Assembly (NCBI RefSeq): GCF_006345805.1
Contig: NW_021824204.1
Location: 1 to 19,460 of the forward strand
Reading direction: 5' to 3'
From: Octopus sinensis
Lineage: Eukaryota
DNA: 19,460 bases
Position numbers and translations under genes: made by a program
The notes under the pieces: generated by a model
What the model was told of the DNA's origin: nothing
Database searches by the model: none
What the model saw: only the letters and a program-made list of their open reading frames with translations
In this document: positions 1 to 9,252 of the stretch, piece by piece
Layout: each line of letters begins with the position of its first letter
Numbering within the stretch: the stretch's first letter is position 1

Positions 1-45
1 ATCTGGCCAATAAGTCAACTTCTGTAAATCCAGGATTATCCTTCT

Positions 46-253
46 TATTTTTTTATTGCCCACAAGGGGCTAAACACAGAGAAGACAAACAAGGACAGAC
101 AAACGGATTCAGTCGATTACACATCCACCCCAGTGTGCAACTGTTACTTAATTTATCGACCTCGAAAGGATGACAGGCAAAGTCGACCTCGCGGATTTGA
201 ACTCAAACGTAGCATTTTGCTCGGAGTGCTAACGTTTCTGCCAACGCGCCACC
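46..253 (-). mobile_element. SINE family A copy with long tail and a ~20-bp internal deletion
   Basis: Reverse complement of the family A head, body and tail seen at 3708-3928, 8636-8724 and 17831-17977 (head GGCG..TGGCAGAAACGTTAGCAC, B-box-like GAGTTCAAAT, body GCC...TCATCCTTTCG.GGTCGATAAATTAAGTA). Confidence 0.85.
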
Positions 254-360
254 TTCAGAATTAACCTTCTTCCTTGAGTAAATGTTTTCTTCTATGCTGA
301 GTGTAGGATTTTTCAACCACCAAGCTGATTTAATCTATCAGCACGTATACAGTTCAGTAA

Positions 361-387
361 GGCGGCGAGCTGGCAGAAACGTCAGCA
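361..387 (+). mobile_element. SINE family A 5' head fragment
   Basis: GGCGGCGAGCTGGCAGAAACGTCAGCA matches the family A head; similarity stops after about 27 nt. Confidence 0.7.
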
Positions 388-1191
388 ACGTTTCAATCCT
401 ATCCTCAGCCACACTATTCTTGATAGCCATGTACTTGGCGGAGAGCTTAATGTGAGATCTGAATGAATCTTTGAGTTCCTGTTATTACTCTCTCTGGATA
501 TATATATGTATAACTAAAATATACAGTGAGTCTTTGTTTTAATAGACACTTTTATACGATCAGCGACTGTAGTTCTTATTTTATGACGTACGAATTAAGT
601 GGCGGCATGTTAATCCCAGCAAAGAGAAAATTTTATAATGGATTTATAATGATATGAAACAAAACATTGTACAACATACATAATTAAAAGAAAACATTAA
701 TGGAGAAATATAGCCAAACAGGAAAGAATAAAATATATATTTTTGCAATAAAACAAAATTATATACAGCAAGATATGCCATGCAAAGCAAAATAATCATG
801 GTTGGAATTGCTAAAATATAAGGTTGTGTGTTGCTATCTGTTTATAAAGTACAATAAATTTGGATTGAAAGAACAATAATATCAGATGTGTATAGTAGTG
901 AAAATAATATAAACAGATCGGAAAAACATTACATTGTAGACCAGGAGTTTAAATACGACTCGGTTCTCATTGTCGCCAGATTCTTTATTCGCGATATTGT
1001 TTCGATGGTAAGTGTTGAAGACACGCAAAACGTTTCAATTATTTTTGAGTCTGTAGGTTACTGAATTCGATAGAATATCTTATGTAATGTACGTTTATCA
1101 TCAAGATATTAATTCTGTCAGACCTCGGTCTGTCTGATTCTATGGGAAACTGTTTCCAGGAGAAACTGTAAAAAAATTTCCTTCACGTATA

Positions 1192-1303
1192 GGCGCCAGC
1201 GTGGCTGTGTGGTAAGAAGCTTGCTTTGCAACCACATGGTTCCAGGTTCAGTCGCACCGCGTGGCACCTTGGGCAAGTGTCTTATACTCTTGCCATCGGT
1301 CGA
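1192..1303 (+). mobile_element. SINE family B 5' portion (tRNA-like head plus CORE-like CCTTGGGCAAG), 3'-truncated
   Basis: Matches 2472-2580 and 15222-15330: GTGGCTGTGTGGTAAG...GGTTCAGTC...GTGGCACCTTGGGCAAGTGTCTT. Confidence 0.85.
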
Positions 1304-1306
1304 TCC

Positions 1307-1521
1307 GACGAGCTGGCACAATCGTTAGCACAGCGAGCAAAATATTTAGCGGCATTTCGTTTTTCTTTACATTCTAGGTTCAAATTCCGCCAACGGTAAC
1401 TTTGCCTTTAATCCCCAAGAGAGACGATGAAATTAGCACCAGTTGAGGTCTGGGGTAGATGTAATCGACTTTAGTCCCCACGACCCCCATAATTTGCTAG
1501 CGTTGTGTCAAAATTTGAAAC
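1307..1521 (+). mobile_element. SINE family A copy, diverged, short-tail subtype
   Basis: Head GACGAGCTGGCACAATCGTTAGCAC, GTTCAAATTCCGCC, CTGGGGTAGATGTAATCGAC and tail TTGTGTCAAAATTTGAAAC align to other A copies. Confidence 0.8.
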
Positions 1522-1541
1522 TGACAAATTCTTCCCGAAAA

Positions 1542-1808
1542 GGCGGCCAGTTGGCAGAATCGTTAGAACGCCGGACAAGATGCTTAACACCATTTCTTCC
1601 GATTTTTACGGTCTAAATTCAAAAGCCACCGGAACTAACTTTACGCATCCTCACGTGGTCGATAAAATAGTACCAGTTGAACATGTTTCTTCCTGTTTCT
1701 GTTGTACCTGTATTTCAAAGGACCAGCTTTGTCATACTCTGCGTCACGCTGAATCTCCCTGAGAACTCCGATGTTGCTGGCCTTGTGCCAAAAGTTGAAG
1801 CCAATATT
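1542..1808 (+). mobile_element. SINE family A copy whose middle is replaced by a family C fragment
   Basis: A head and body 1542-1682; family C segment 1686-1770; A tail TTGCTGGCCTTGTGCCAAAAGTTGAAGCC from 1774. Confidence 0.75.
1686..1770 (+). mobile_element. SINE family C internal fragment
   Basis: TTTCTTCCTGTTTCTGTTGTACCTGTATTTCAAAGG...GAATCTCCCTGAGAACT aligns to about 3238-3320 of the full C copy. Confidence 0.85.
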
Positions 1809-1814
1809 TTCTGT

Positions 1815-2060
1815 TCGATGTTGATAATGCTGCGGTTGTTACTTTTGTTGTTGTTGCTGTTGTTGTTCTTCTTCTTCTTCTTGCTATTGTTGTTGTTCTA
1901 AGTATTAAGACTGGTGTTGATATTGTTGTTGATGTTCTTCTTTGCTACGTCTGTAACAGTTGTTGTCGTTGCAGTTATAGTTGCAGGTGTAATAAAATTG
2001 CAGCCGATGTAACTGCCGCTATTGTTGATGTTGTTGTTGTTGTTGCTGCTGCTGCTGCTG
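1815..2060. repeat. Imperfect trinucleotide low-complexity tract (TTG/CTG/TTC)
   Basis: Runs of TTG, CTG and TTC keeping 3-nt periodicity. Confidence 0.85.
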
Positions 2061-2471
2061 CAGTCAGTGCGGTTCTTCCCCAGCACCATCTGCGTATCTC
2101 CAAATCTAAACAAAAGCTTTTAACTTCAGATCTTTTGAGAAACCTTACACAAAATACGTTCATTGTCAACATCAACGGTTGCACAAACTTACGCATACGT
2201 CTAAGGAAAATCACTGACACACATGCGCACATGCACCTATACATACATACATGCATACGTACGGACATACATACATATATATATATATATAGACTCACGT
2301 ACACAAGCTCACAGACTTACGCAAGTTGACTTTGAAAATGATAACTAATAAGCACAGACATACACAAATACATATAAACACTCGTTCATATGTAGATAAA
2401 GGTATCAACACACACGTTCACACATATACATTTAACCGCAGTTATATGCATGGTGGTAGGTTATCATATAT

Positions 2472-2869
2472 CAGGAGTGGCTGTGTGGTAAGTAGCTTGT
2501 TTACCAACCACATGGTTCCGGGTTCAGTCCCACTGCGTGGCATCTTGGGCAAGTGTCTTCTACTATAGCCTCGGGCCGACCAAAGCCTTGTGAGTGGATT
2601 TGGTAGACGGAAACTGAAAGAAGCCCTTCGTATATATGTATATATATATATGTGTGTGTATGTGTTTGTGTGTCTGTGTTTGTCCCCCTAGCATTGCTTG
2701 ACAACCGATGTTGGTGTGTTTATGCCCCCGTTACTTAGCGGTTCGGCAAAAGAGACCGATAGAATAAGTACTGGGCTTACAAAAAGAATAAGTCCCGGGG
2801 TCGAGTTGCTCGATTAAAAGGCGGTGCTCCAGCAAGGCCGCGGTCAGATGACTGAAACAAGTAAAAGAG
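2472..2869 (+). mobile_element. SINE family B, near full length and little diverged
   Basis: A-box-like TGGCTGTGTGGT, B-box-like GGTTCAGTCCC, CORE-like CTTGGGCAAGTGTCTT, internal TA/TG microsatellite, 3' module and tail GGCGGTGCTCCAGCA.GGCCGC.GTCA.ATGACTGAAACAAGTAAAAGAG. Related copies recur across the window. Confidence 0.92.
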
Positions 2870-2881
2870 TATATATATATA

Positions 2882-3025
2882 TTTCAGTTTCTATCAACGA
2901 AATGCACACACAACACTTTGGCCAGACCAAGACTATAGTAGAAAACACTGGTCCAAGGTGCCGGAGTGAAACTGAACCCGGGACCATGCAATTGGGAAAC
3001 AAACGTCTTACTGCACAGCAACGCC
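2882..3025 (-). mobile_element. SINE family B 5' half, diverged, inverted relative to the adjacent copy
   Basis: TTTCAGTTT...CTATAGTAGAA.ACACT.G.CCAAGGTGCC...ACTGAACCCGG.ACCATG is the reverse complement of 2475-2620. Confidence 0.8.
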
Positions 3026-3088
3026 TTTTCCATACACGGTGATCGCTCACAAGATTTAGGCTTATAACCTACAAAACTTTACAAAACT

Positions 3089-3437
3089 GTGGAGGGACAA
3101 TGGCCCAGTGGTTAGAGCAGTCGTATATTCGCGGTTTCGATTCCCGACCGGGTGTTGTTAGTGTTTATTGAGCGAAAACACCTAAAGCTCCACGACGTTC
3201 TGGCAGTCTACTCTTTCACCGCAACTTTCTCTCACTCTTTCTTCCTGTTTCTGTTGCATCTGTATTTCAAAGGGCCAGCCTTGTCACACTCTGTGTCACC
3301 CTGAATATCCCCGTGAACTAGGTTAAGGGTACACGTGTCTGTGGAGTGCTCAGCCACTTGCACGTTAATTTCACGAGTAGACTTGTTCCGTTGATGGGAT
3401 CGACTGGAACCCTCGTCGTCGTAACCGACGGAGTGCC
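3089..3437 (+). mobile_element. SINE family C, near full length
   Basis: tRNA-like head (TGGCCCAGTGGTTAG; GGTTTCGATTCCC), body shared with 1686-1770, 3' end CTCGTCGTCGTAACCGACGGAGTGCC followed by an A-rich run. Confidence 0.8.
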
Positions 3438-3574
3438 GCGAAAAAAAACACAAATTTACGGAATTCTCACTCATCACCGCTTCTCAAATTGTCACAGAAG
3501 ACGCACATGCTTGTTTGCTTAAAAAACAACACTAGGAAATTACTGTTCTTAAATCAAATAGGTAGCAGTGAGTA

Positions 3575-3645
3575 GGTACGTTGGTGTAAATGGCAGCACA
3601 CTTATCGCGAAAATATACAGGTATGGGCTCGAGTCCCACGCATCC
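3575..3645 (+). pseudogene. Degenerate tRNA-like sequence or orphan SINE head
   Basis: D-arm-like TTGGTGTAAATGGCAGCAC (GTG/CAC stem, A-box) and T-arm TGGG-CTCGAGT-CCCA (B-box with T>C). Acceptor and anticodon stems do not pair, so it is not a functional tRNA. Confidence 0.4.
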
Positions 3646-3707
3646 AGAATACAACCCACTACTTCTTTTTCGTCGGGGATTTATATGCCGTAGTATCAGA
3701 CTATTTT

Positions 3708-3928
3708 AAGGCATCGAGCTGGCAGAAACGTTAGCACTCCGGGCGAAATGCTTAGTGGTATTTCGTCTGTCTTTATGTTCTGAGTTCAAATTCCGCCGAG
3801 GACGACTTTGCCTTTCATCATTTTGTGGTCGATAAATTAAGAACCAATTGCCTACTGAGGTCGATCTTAATCGACTGACCCCCACCACAAATATTTCGGG
3901 CCTTGTGCCTAGAATAGGAAAGAATTTT
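3708..3928 (+). mobile_element. SINE family A, full length, with 10-bp target-site duplication
   Basis: Complete head to tail; AGACTATTTT occurs exactly at 3698-3707 and 3929-3938. Confidence 0.92.
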
Positions 3929-4254
3929 AGACTATTTTGTTTAGTCAATACACAGTGATCGCTTATAAGATTTAAGCGTATATTATGATTATATATATAT
4001 ACAATTTTTGAAGTTGTATTGCAATTGGAATGAATAAAATCTTCCTCGTCCTTTTCTTCTGCCTTATATATATCTTATTATTATTATTATTATCATCATC
4101 ATCATCATCATCATTATTCTGTTCTAATATTTTTGTAATTATTTTAAGTTGAGTTTTACCTTTCGTTTATTTATTTATTCCGTGTTTTTGCTTTCCTCAA
4201 TGAAATAAAAGTGTGGAGAGGGGCAGTTGAGAGAAACGAAGAGCGTTTGTGCGC

Positions 4255-4573
4255 AAATATATGTGTATATATGTGTGTAGATGTGTATAAATATATATAC
4301 ATATATATATATATGTGTGTATGTGTGTGTGTGTGTGAGTGTGTGTGTGTATCTGTCTGTCTGTCTGTCTGTATTTATGTAGTATGTACTGTTTTGTATT
4401 TATGTATTTTGGTTTTTGGTTAGATGTATATATATATACACACGCATTATCTTCCATTCTTTATACACAGTTGTCTCTGTGTTTGAACCCTCATTTCCTC
4501 TATCTCAATCTCTTAGAGTGTATATATATATATAAATATTATATATATAATGTGTGTGGTATATGTGTGTATG

Positions 4574-4647
<74 letters not shown>

Positions 4648-4950
4648 ATATAAATACATATATACATATATATGCACACACATATATATTGTATATATAT
4701 ATATATATGTATATATATATACATATATATGTATATACAATGCACATAATATATACACACATACATACAATTATATACATACATATATACACATACATTT
4801 ATATGTATGTGTGCGTGCGTATATATATATGTATGTATATATATACATAGATGCATACATACACACATACATACATACATACATACATACGTAAACACAC
4901 ACATTCATATGCACATAAACAGAGAGACACAGAGAGACAGAGAGAGAGAG
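4255..4950. repeat. Compound microsatellite block (TA, TG, TCTG, CATA, AG)
   Basis: Includes a pure (TA)n run at about 4578-4642; it explains the YIYI/VCVC ORFs. Confidence 0.95.
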
Positions 4951-5157
4951 AGAGGGAGAACAGAATTCAGAGAGAAGAGTGTGCGGATGCTAGAGAGGAA
5001 GCTGGGCAACAAAAAGCGAAAGAAAGAATTGGAACCGAGTTGAACAGGAAGCCAACATGTCTGTCAGTTTCAACGAGATCAAACGAAATAAAAATTATTC
5101 TCACAATTTACCCACTTTACATTTTTTTTTCAAACGAAATTTAAAAATGATTTTATA

Positions 5158-5207
5158 TCATCGTCATCATTGTAATGACACCATCATCATTTCTTGAGCA
5201 TTGTCAG

Positions 5208-5254
<47 letters not shown>

Positions 5255-5260
5255 CCATTA

Positions 5261-5293
<33 letters not shown>
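5158..5293. repeat. (ATC)n then (ATT)n microsatellite
   Basis: Direct inspection. Confidence 0.95.
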
Positions 5294-5294
<1 letters not shown>

Positions 5295-5297
5295 GAA

Positions 5298-5460
5298 GAC
5301 GACGAGTTGGCAGAATTGTTTCCGCGCCGGGGATAATCCTTAACAGGATTTCGTCCGTCTTCGTGTTCTGAGTTCAAATTCTCCCGAGGTCGAATTTGCT
5401 TTTCATCCTTTCGGGGTCGATGAACTGGGGTTGATGTAATCGACTAGCTCCCACCCCCAG
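5298..5460 (+). mobile_element. SINE family A, diverged, with internal deletion and 3' truncation
   Basis: GACGACGAGTTGGCAGAATTG...GTTCTGAGTTCAAATT...TTTCATCCTTTCGGGGTCGAT, lacking the AAATAAGTACCAG segment. Confidence 0.85.
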
Positions 5461-5498
5461 AGATAGCAGATAAAAGATAAAGGATATACATACATAGA

Positions 5499-5892
5499 GA
5501 GCCAGGCGTGACGGTGTAGTAAGAAGTTTGCTTTCCAACCACATGGTTCGGGTTCAGTCCCGCTACTTGGCACCTTGGGCAAGTGTCTTCTGCTATAGCC
5601 TCGAGCCTATCAAAACACTGTGAATGGACTCAGTAGACGGAAACTGAAAGAAGCCCGTAGTATATATTTATACATATGTATGTATGTATGTGTGTTCGTG
5701 TCTGTGTTTGTCCCCCAGCATCTCTTGATAAACAATGTTGGTGTGTTTACGTCCCCGTAACATAGCGGCTCGGCAAAAGAGGTCGATAGAATAAGTACCA
5801 GGCTTACAAAGAGTAAGACCTGTGGCCGATTTGTTCGACTAAAGGTGGTGCTCCAACATGGCCGCAGTCAAACAACTGAAAATAATAAAGGA
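5499..5892 (+). mobile_element. SINE family B, near full length
   Basis: Collinear with 2472-2869 from head to tail. Confidence 0.9.
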
Positions 5893-5929
5893 ACAAAAGA
5901 CTAAACATACAAATGATTTGATAATCTCT

Positions 5930-6280
5930 ATGTATACACACACATACACACTCTTATCTATTGTGTGTGTCTTTGTATCTGTGTGTGTGTGTTTGTATTT
6001 GCGTGCGCGTGTGTATTTGTGTGCATGTGCATGTGTGGGTGTCTGCGTATGTGCGTCACACCCGTCGAAATCTGAGGGTTATTTCCAATAGCATTGTAAG
6101 GCTCCTGCTCCATCCCCGGTTCCTTTATTCAGTTTACATTCATTGTTTTCATGTACATAAAAACAGCCAGCTCTCAATGTATGCGCATGTGCGTGTGCGT
6201 TTGTGTGTGTATTCGTGTGTCTGTGTCTATGAGTCTCTGTGTGTGTGTTTGTGTGTGGGGGATGCTTTTCGGTGTCTGTG
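5930..6280. repeat. Degenerate CA/TG low-complexity region
   Basis: Interrupted TG runs. Confidence 0.7.
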
Positions 6281-6748
6281 TTTCTCATTTCTACATCCGA
6301 AGCTCCTTGATATAACGACAATACAATCATAAGTCTACCACAACCAAATACAACTTCCTTCTAAGCGCTACTCCTCCTTGCCCTCCTGTCTTTTCAACAC
6401 CTCTCCCCACCACCACTTCTCTCCGACTTGCTGCAAATCGAGAAGACGTACACATCAATGGCGCTATTTAAAATACACAGTTTGCATTTGGTTAGCCGGA
6501 AGGGAAACTCGAATTTGGAAGACAACAATATGGCTTCTTATTAGGAAGAGGAGTTTGCTGCTGACTCGGAGAGTGTGCGAATGGTCAGACAGCGTGTACG
6601 TGTGTGTGTGTGTGTGTGTGCGTGAGTGCGTGCGTGCATATGTATGCGTGTGTATCTATACGTTTGCGAAAACGTATATATATGTATACATACACATACA
6701 TAAATGTAATTGTACGCTTATATATATGCATGTATATATATATATATA

Positions 6749-6960
6749 TCGATCGCCATGTTGATTCGTTAGCTACTGCACGCATTTTTTCTCTCTCTTC
6801 TTTCTGTGTTTTTCTCTCTCTGTGTATCTTTCTGTTGAAGAGCGTAGGCTCGAAACGTTAAAGACTTGTTTTATTATATTTCCTGAGCGCCCATATAATA
6901 CAATTGTTCGTTTGTTTTCCACCTGCCTTCGTCTTTTGTTTTTTTCATAAAGCTTCCCGT
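6749..6960 (+). mobile_element. Short element embedded in (TA)n carrying a hammerhead-like motif (possible Penelope-type pseudo-LTR fragment)
   Basis: Non-microsatellite sequence bounded by TA runs on both sides and containing the motif at 6827-6864. Single copy here, so the family assignment is inference. Confidence 0.45.
6827..6864 (+). ncRNA. Degenerate minimal type I hammerhead-ribozyme-like motif
   Basis: TCTTT (stem I) CTGTTGA (core, A6>U) A GAGC-GTAG-GCTC (stem II) GAA ACGT (palindromic stem III) T (GUU site) AAAGA (stem I partner). Confidence 0.55.
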
Positions 6961-7065
6961 TATATATATATATATATCTATATATATATATATGTATGTA
7001 TGTAGTTATGTATGTATGTATGTATGTATGTATGTATGTTTTATGTTGTATAATATATATATATG

Positions 7066-7096
<31 letters not shown>

Positions 7097-7149
7097 TTGT
7101 ATGTATCATGCATGTATGCATGCATGCATGTATGCATGTATGCATGCTG

Positions 7150-7212
<63 letters not shown>

Positions 7213-7221
7213 TATATATAT
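6961..7221. repeat. Compound TA / TATG / TGCA microsatellite
   Basis: Direct inspection. Confidence 0.95.
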
Positions 7222-7561
7222 ACTGGCACTGATGCAGCATCATTCGAAATTTTGTCTAGGTGAGTCTAGCCGAAGAGACTAATCAAATTTACGTTAATAA
7301 CGTAATTTGGAAATTCGAAACCTAGATCCAAGATTATCCACATCTGGGTTGTACAGTTATTTAATGTTCTTCGTACAGAAGAAATTTTCTTGATGTTCAC
7401 CGTCGCAAACATCTTTACCAGTATATGTATACAATGAAGCTTTACTAAAGTGTCGTATATTATCGACTGCTGTTTCCAGTAACTATTGGCGCACTTGTAC
7501 CACTATTTTATATTGATATATACATATATACATGTATGCAAATGGGTATATATATTAGTAA

Positions 7562-7604
<43 letters not shown>

Positions 7605-7609
7605 GTGCG

Positions 7610-7767
7610 TGTGAAGCTGTGTGGTAAGTAACTTGCTTACCAGCCACATGTTTCCGGGTTCATTCTCACTGCGTGGCCCCTTGGGCAAGTGTCTTCTTCC
7701 ATAGACTCAGGTCGACCAAAGTCTTGTCAGTGGATTTGGGGATGGAAACTGAAAGAAGTCCGTCGTA

Positions 7768-7813
<46 letters not shown>

Positions 7814-8062
7814 TTATATATATATTTATATATTATATATATATGTGTGTGTGTGTGTATGTTGTGGATCTGTGTTTGTCCACCAACATCGCTTGACAAC
7901 CTATGCTGGTGTGTCTACGGACCCCGTAACTTAGCGATTCGGCAAAAGAAACCGATAGAATAAGTACTAGGCTTACAAAGAATAAGTCCTGGGGTAGATT
8001 TGATTCGACTAAAGGCGGTGCTCCAGCATGGCCGCAGTCAAATGAGTTAAACAAGTAAAGAG
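7610..8062 (+). mobile_element. SINE family B with expanded internal (TA)n
   Basis: Collinear with 2472-2869; the internal microsatellite is about 95 bp (7765-7860). Confidence 0.9.
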
Positions 8063-8469
8063 TATATATATGTGTGTGTGTGTGTGTGTGACTGTTATTG
8101 AATACATGTATATATCCGTATGTTACTGTTGGATACAAAATAAGCGTTTTTGTTCCTTGTTTCTTTAGCAACAGGGTATTTCAAAGCCGGACGAAAAGTT
8201 TTACACAGTAAATACCTTTCCTAACTTCATCTCCTCTTAAGAAAGCACTTTTTAGGAGCACTCGCGTGTCTCTTCTGATGTCCAGCCGATCCATGTGGTG
8301 CGACACTTCTGTCTATGTTGAACCTACCTCCTTCCATGATTATTGGAACGATCTTGTGTTTGGTGTGCAAGGTTCTTGATGTGAATTTATGCGCTGAAAC
8401 AAATCTTGCTGTGTCTTGGAAGAATCACTTGTCCAAAGAAATATAATTGAACCAGTTTTGGCGTTATTA

Positions 8470-8635
8470 TTCTTTCTACTCTAGTCATGAGGCACGAAAT
8501 TTTGGGAGTGGGGACTAATCGATTAGATCGACTAAAGTATGCAACTGGTACTTAATTTATCGAGCCCGAAAGGATGAAAAGCAAAGTCGACCTCGGCAGA
8601 AATTGAAGTCAGAACGTAAAGACAGACGAAATACC
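8470..8635 (-). mobile_element. SINE family A body lacking the 5' head (downstream unit of a dimer)
   Basis: Reverse complement of the A body from GGTATTTCGTCTGTCTTTACG to a short-type tail. Confidence 0.85.
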
Positions 8636-8724
8636 TATTTCTTTATTGCCCACAAGGGGCTAAACACAGAGGGGACAAACAAGGACAGACAAACTGATTA
8701 AGACGATCATATCGACCCCAGTGC
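8636..8724 (-). mobile_element. SINE family A long-tail 3' end (upstream unit of the dimer)
   Basis: Nearly identical to 46-135 and 17831-17917. Confidence 0.85.
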
Positions 8725-8726
8725 CT

Positions 8727-9014
8727 AACATTCATACATAACACTTACGTATACATACAAACATACATACATACATACATGCATACATACATGCATAAAT
8801 GAATACGTACATGCATACATACATAACACTTGCGCATACATACATACATACATACATACATACATACATGCATACATGCATAGATACATAAACACAAACG
8901 CACGCATACATACACGCGCATACATGCATAAATGCATAAATCCATGCATACATGCATATAATACATACTCACAAACAAAGACAAACAGACAGATACACAG
9001 ACATAACTACATTC

Positions 9015-9045
<31 letters not shown>

Positions 9046-9252
9046 CATACATACATAACTACATACATACATAACTACGTACATTCATAACTACATACAT
9101 ACATAACTACGTACATACATAACTACATTCTTACATCCATCCATCCATCCATCCATACATACATACATACATACATGCATACATACATACATACATACAT
9201 ACATACATACATCATACATACATACATACATACATACATACATACATACATA
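8727..9252. repeat. (CATA)n compound microsatellite with CATGCA, ATAACTAC and CATC variant units
   Basis: Direct inspection. Confidence 0.95.

Noticed and set aside
7258-7265. Consensus donor AG|GTGAGT
   Set aside because: Only about 40 nt of unique sequence precede it and there is no pyrimidine-tract acceptor.
8150-8215. Strong acceptor (AG 8167-8168) and a possible 39-nt exon QQGISKPDEKFYT
   Set aside because: Weak donor (ACA|GTAAAT), unrecognised peptide and no partner exons.
8260-8455. Minus-strand FFGQV, IMEG and RTTW words resembling an RTE C-terminus
   Set aside because: The motifs are in different frames with wrong spacing and cannot be separated from chance without a profile search.
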